64,000 nucleotides of DNA. Source: Williopsis jadinii (lineage: Eukaryota). Positions 60,842 through 64,000 of this stretch are shown in pieces. The stretch spans positions 868,001 through 932,000 of the forward strand of contig AP024667.1 in assembly GCA_024346625.1 (NCBI GenBank). Reading direction: 5' to 3'. The number at the start of each line of letters is the position of its first letter. Positions within the stretch are counted from its first letter, which is position 1. Below the pieces are notes generated by a model, which searched no databases, was not told where the DNA came from, and worked only from the letters and a program-made list of their open reading frames with translations. The translations under genes and the position numbers were made by a program.

Positions 60842-63800
60842 ATAAAAAGGACAAGGAGGAGTATCGTTCAAGCCAATGACGTCTGTAGAACGTTTTCGTC
60901 TCTTGTTTTGTTAAGCTGTTCTGAAATCTTAGTTCTTCTGTAGGAGCTTTCCACTCATCTGCGATTTGTCAAACCAAGGTTGCTATCCTCCAACCACAGC
61001 TGACGCAGCATGTAAGACGGAAGAGGACTGATGACTGTCGTGCTGGTGGATATTATTTCCTCACAAGCTACAGGCTTATGAATTCAGTCGAGGCTTAACA
61101 CTGTGCACAATGGCTAATAGTCTAACTGCATAGGCATTAAACTTGCAAAAATTTAACCGACTATACATTGTGCTTCAGCTTTGGGTTGTAAAGCCTGTAC
61201 AGCCTCTACTGGGCTGTTTCATCGTGATGCATCTAGACAACATCTTGGTGTGTACGGAGGCTAGAACTGTTACTGCATGTGTGATACGACAAGTACAAGA
61301 GAACACAAGCATAAGCAATGACGAGAACCAGCGGGAAACATTTCATTATGACAAGGTGTTCAATTGCAGTATTTTGGTATCACATATCCTTCACCGTTAA
61401 CTCAAGAGCAGTGCCATCTACGACACATTGCGTTTCTCCTGCAGCGAACACACTAACCAAAATTTCACTTGCTAGAATCCATATGCATCATAGAGCAAAG
61501 CAGCAAGCTCACCAGTGTACTAGCCGTCGCTGCAGCTTTTGTTGGGTAAATTCAGAATTGTACTGAAGTTTCAGCCCTTACATCATGTATTTGCTCACCA
61601 AATCGGTAAACATGTGGTTTGTGCTACAAATGAGGTTATTGTTCATGTGTGTAGATCTTATACCCCGTTGTACATCCAGCGCATGAACAACTGATCGTCT
61701 CAGAAAAGACTAAGCAGTGCGAGAGGAACTGAAACTTTGGGTGCAGAAGGTAACGAGATATATCAGCACTATGTAACTTCCACTAGAGGTTGCAAAGCTG
61801 GGCATAGAACTTTGGCCAAAAGTCGTCAGATTTCGGAGCTACCTGGAAGTTAAGCCTCTATGAACATTACTCAGGCTTTTATTGAAAAGCCCCCATCGGC
61901 ATCGTTTCATGCGATTGCATCTTGATGTGTTCTGGTGGGCCTGACATCACAAGCACCTCTTCAACTCCCGTAATTGAACGAGCAAATGTGTGTTTCTGCA
62001 GTGCTCCATCCTCAATGGTCGTCATGTCCATATTGCTTGCGATTTCGAATGTTGAATGTGCAATTCGCTTAGGACGATGTCGATGGATCTGTGGGATTTG
62101 AGATAAACTATAGGCCATGTTGCACATCGCGGCAATAACCCGTAGGAATTATATACCTCAGCAACAAATTGCATAGTGCGAGTGACACACCCGGCGATTA
62201 ACTGATCGTCTGTATCGAAATTAGATCAGAAAACGATTATAGCACTCGAAAGGATAATTCCCGCAACTCTATCGCGTTGAGATTAATTTTCAGTTTCACA
62301 GCCCACCAGCACTTTTGCTGTTTTTTTGGAAAGTGCCATTGGAGTAATTGATCAACAACACCCTGGAAATTGCTGAACTTAGCAGCTTATAAGCTGTGAC
62401 TCTGAATGGAGATGGATTCATTCAAGATACGTACCTGCTTTTGTTGCTGTGTGTCGTATTCCTCAGCAATGTTCTTTGATTCTGAACGGTGCTGCCGGAA
62501 CCCCCAAGCCTATGCAAGGGAATGCGTTGCACGGCACGTGAATTGTATTCCATTGCCTAAAAAATATTCTTTCGGTTGTTCTGTCTACAAATCTATGAAA
62601 CAGCCGTTGCTTCCTGGTTAAAGAAGTCATTGTTCATTGGCGAATTGCCTTTGGGCTCCATCTTCTGTGTTATTCATCACGCATTGAACACTCGGTCTAT
62701 CGTCCTCAACAAAGCCGGTGTCGTGTTGCTGCTCAGGCGTCAGGGGCGCCTCCGTCTCCACGGAAACGCACACAAGGGCTTACAAGCTTCAGTGCGCCCG
62801 GGATTGCAACCTTCTACGGCCATTGAAGCATCAGTTTACGTCGATTCAAAGATCAATCTTGTGTTCCTTTACACAAGCTTAACATCGCAAACTAGCCTCT
62901 TTACCTCTCTATGCACAACCTCTTAAAGTCAGCACATCTCCTCATTTCCGCTGAAAGCCCCTGCCTGTTTGTTCGCGTAGTAAGCAGAAACAGTTGCATC
63001 GGACCGCACAAGATCCCAAATGCAGCGAGAAGTGACATGTTAGACATTGGAATTTGCTCCTCTGTAGATCTAGGCTCATATATCTAAATACTCTTTTGGA
63101 ACCTGTGCAGTGAATCGTCCTATCTTTAATGCACATAGCGAGAATGCGATCTAACGTGCTTGAGTAAAGTGCTCAAATAGCACACATATTGACAGTGGTC
63201 TTGGATACTGCTCACTGCACAGGGAGCGGATGTGATCGAATTCGATTCACACCCGCAACCTCGCACGAAAGATTTTTTTAGTACTGGCTACTCTATGAGG
63301 TAACGACGTTCGTGAAGCAGGATCTGTTTCAGATTGACTGGCTCATCTACATATAAATGCATTAAGAGTTGTCTGATGTCCAAGCACAACTTAAACCTCA
63401 GGGCGGACTATTTTGGATCTGATCTTGTTCACCCAGAGACCAAAATTCGGACATTGGGACTCGAACGTTGATACAGTGCTTCTTCACTGGTCACGCAGGT
63501 ATTTAGTCAACATCATGGTGTGGTTCGAATACGAGGTGACTCAGGTACTGGCCAACCATCTGCAACGCCGTAAGTGGTGATAGTATGCCTATCGCCTTTG
63601 CTTCAGCTACATGACGTGTAATGCAACGCAGATCTCTCTTTATTTGGCGTACTGTTTTGTTTTTTGAGTGTGTACTTTGGTTGTTTTTTTTAGTCCCGGG
63701 TCCGTCTTGTATTGTCCGGACGTACTTGCAACATATGCGCGAGTGATGACTACCATGCTTAGCCAATCAACTTCAAAGCTAATTGAAATTTGGCTGGATC

Positions 63801-64000
63801 CAGCCTTAATCAAAGAACAAGATTAACTGCATAGGCAGCCAGTATTAAAAATGATTTCTGGTGCAAAGTCTCGTGTATTATTCCCTTTGTAGCAACTGCT
63901 CTGGAGGCCTATCGAACAAGATGCTCGCCATGAGATATCTCACCTAACGGGTTTGCTTGATTCACTGACCACGATCAAGAAAATGTACTGGTTGCTTGGC

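Noticed and set aside
63455..63535. Two B-box-like words (GGACTCGAAC and GGTTCGAATAC)
   Set aside because: Flanks do not pair into T-arms; no tRNA fold.

Overview
Gene-dense fungal chromosome segment from a budding yeast (Saccharomycotina). CTG reads as Leu at a conserved position, and the window has short spliceosomal introns, a Y14 exon-junction gene and a gephyrin/Moco gene; together these suggest a non-Saccharomyces, non-CUG-Ser lineage such as Phaffomycetaceae (inference). About 29 protein genes, in order: MRF1 (partial), ROG1, TIP20, TMA17, RRT6-like p24, RRP42, SPO1, stomatin-like, TRA1, GNAT, SAM50, Y14/RBM8A, XRS2, class-3 lipase, PHO92, COQ7, FRQ1, ARN-type siderophore transporter, STE14, POL3, SIZ1, SIA1, gephyrin/cnxE, RUP1, FCF1, OAZ1, DOT5, ECM1 and CNE1. 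Eight have introns that I resolved by hand and that the ORF track misses. The most notable signal is a decayed Helitron (rolling-circle transposon) Rep-helicase N-terminal fragment between SIA1 and cnxE (about 49.3-50.7 kb), an element class I do not know as a normal resident of budding-yeast genomes. Other signals: an antizyme +1 frameshift site GCC-UGA-G; an 82-bp antisense CDS overlap between XRS2 and the lipase; an exact 18-bp-period TTACGTAA array in the STE14/POL3 promoter; a SPO1 intron with three non-consensus signals; and a 3-kb gene-free tail. All identifications come from recalled motifs, sequence and synteny, not from database searches.
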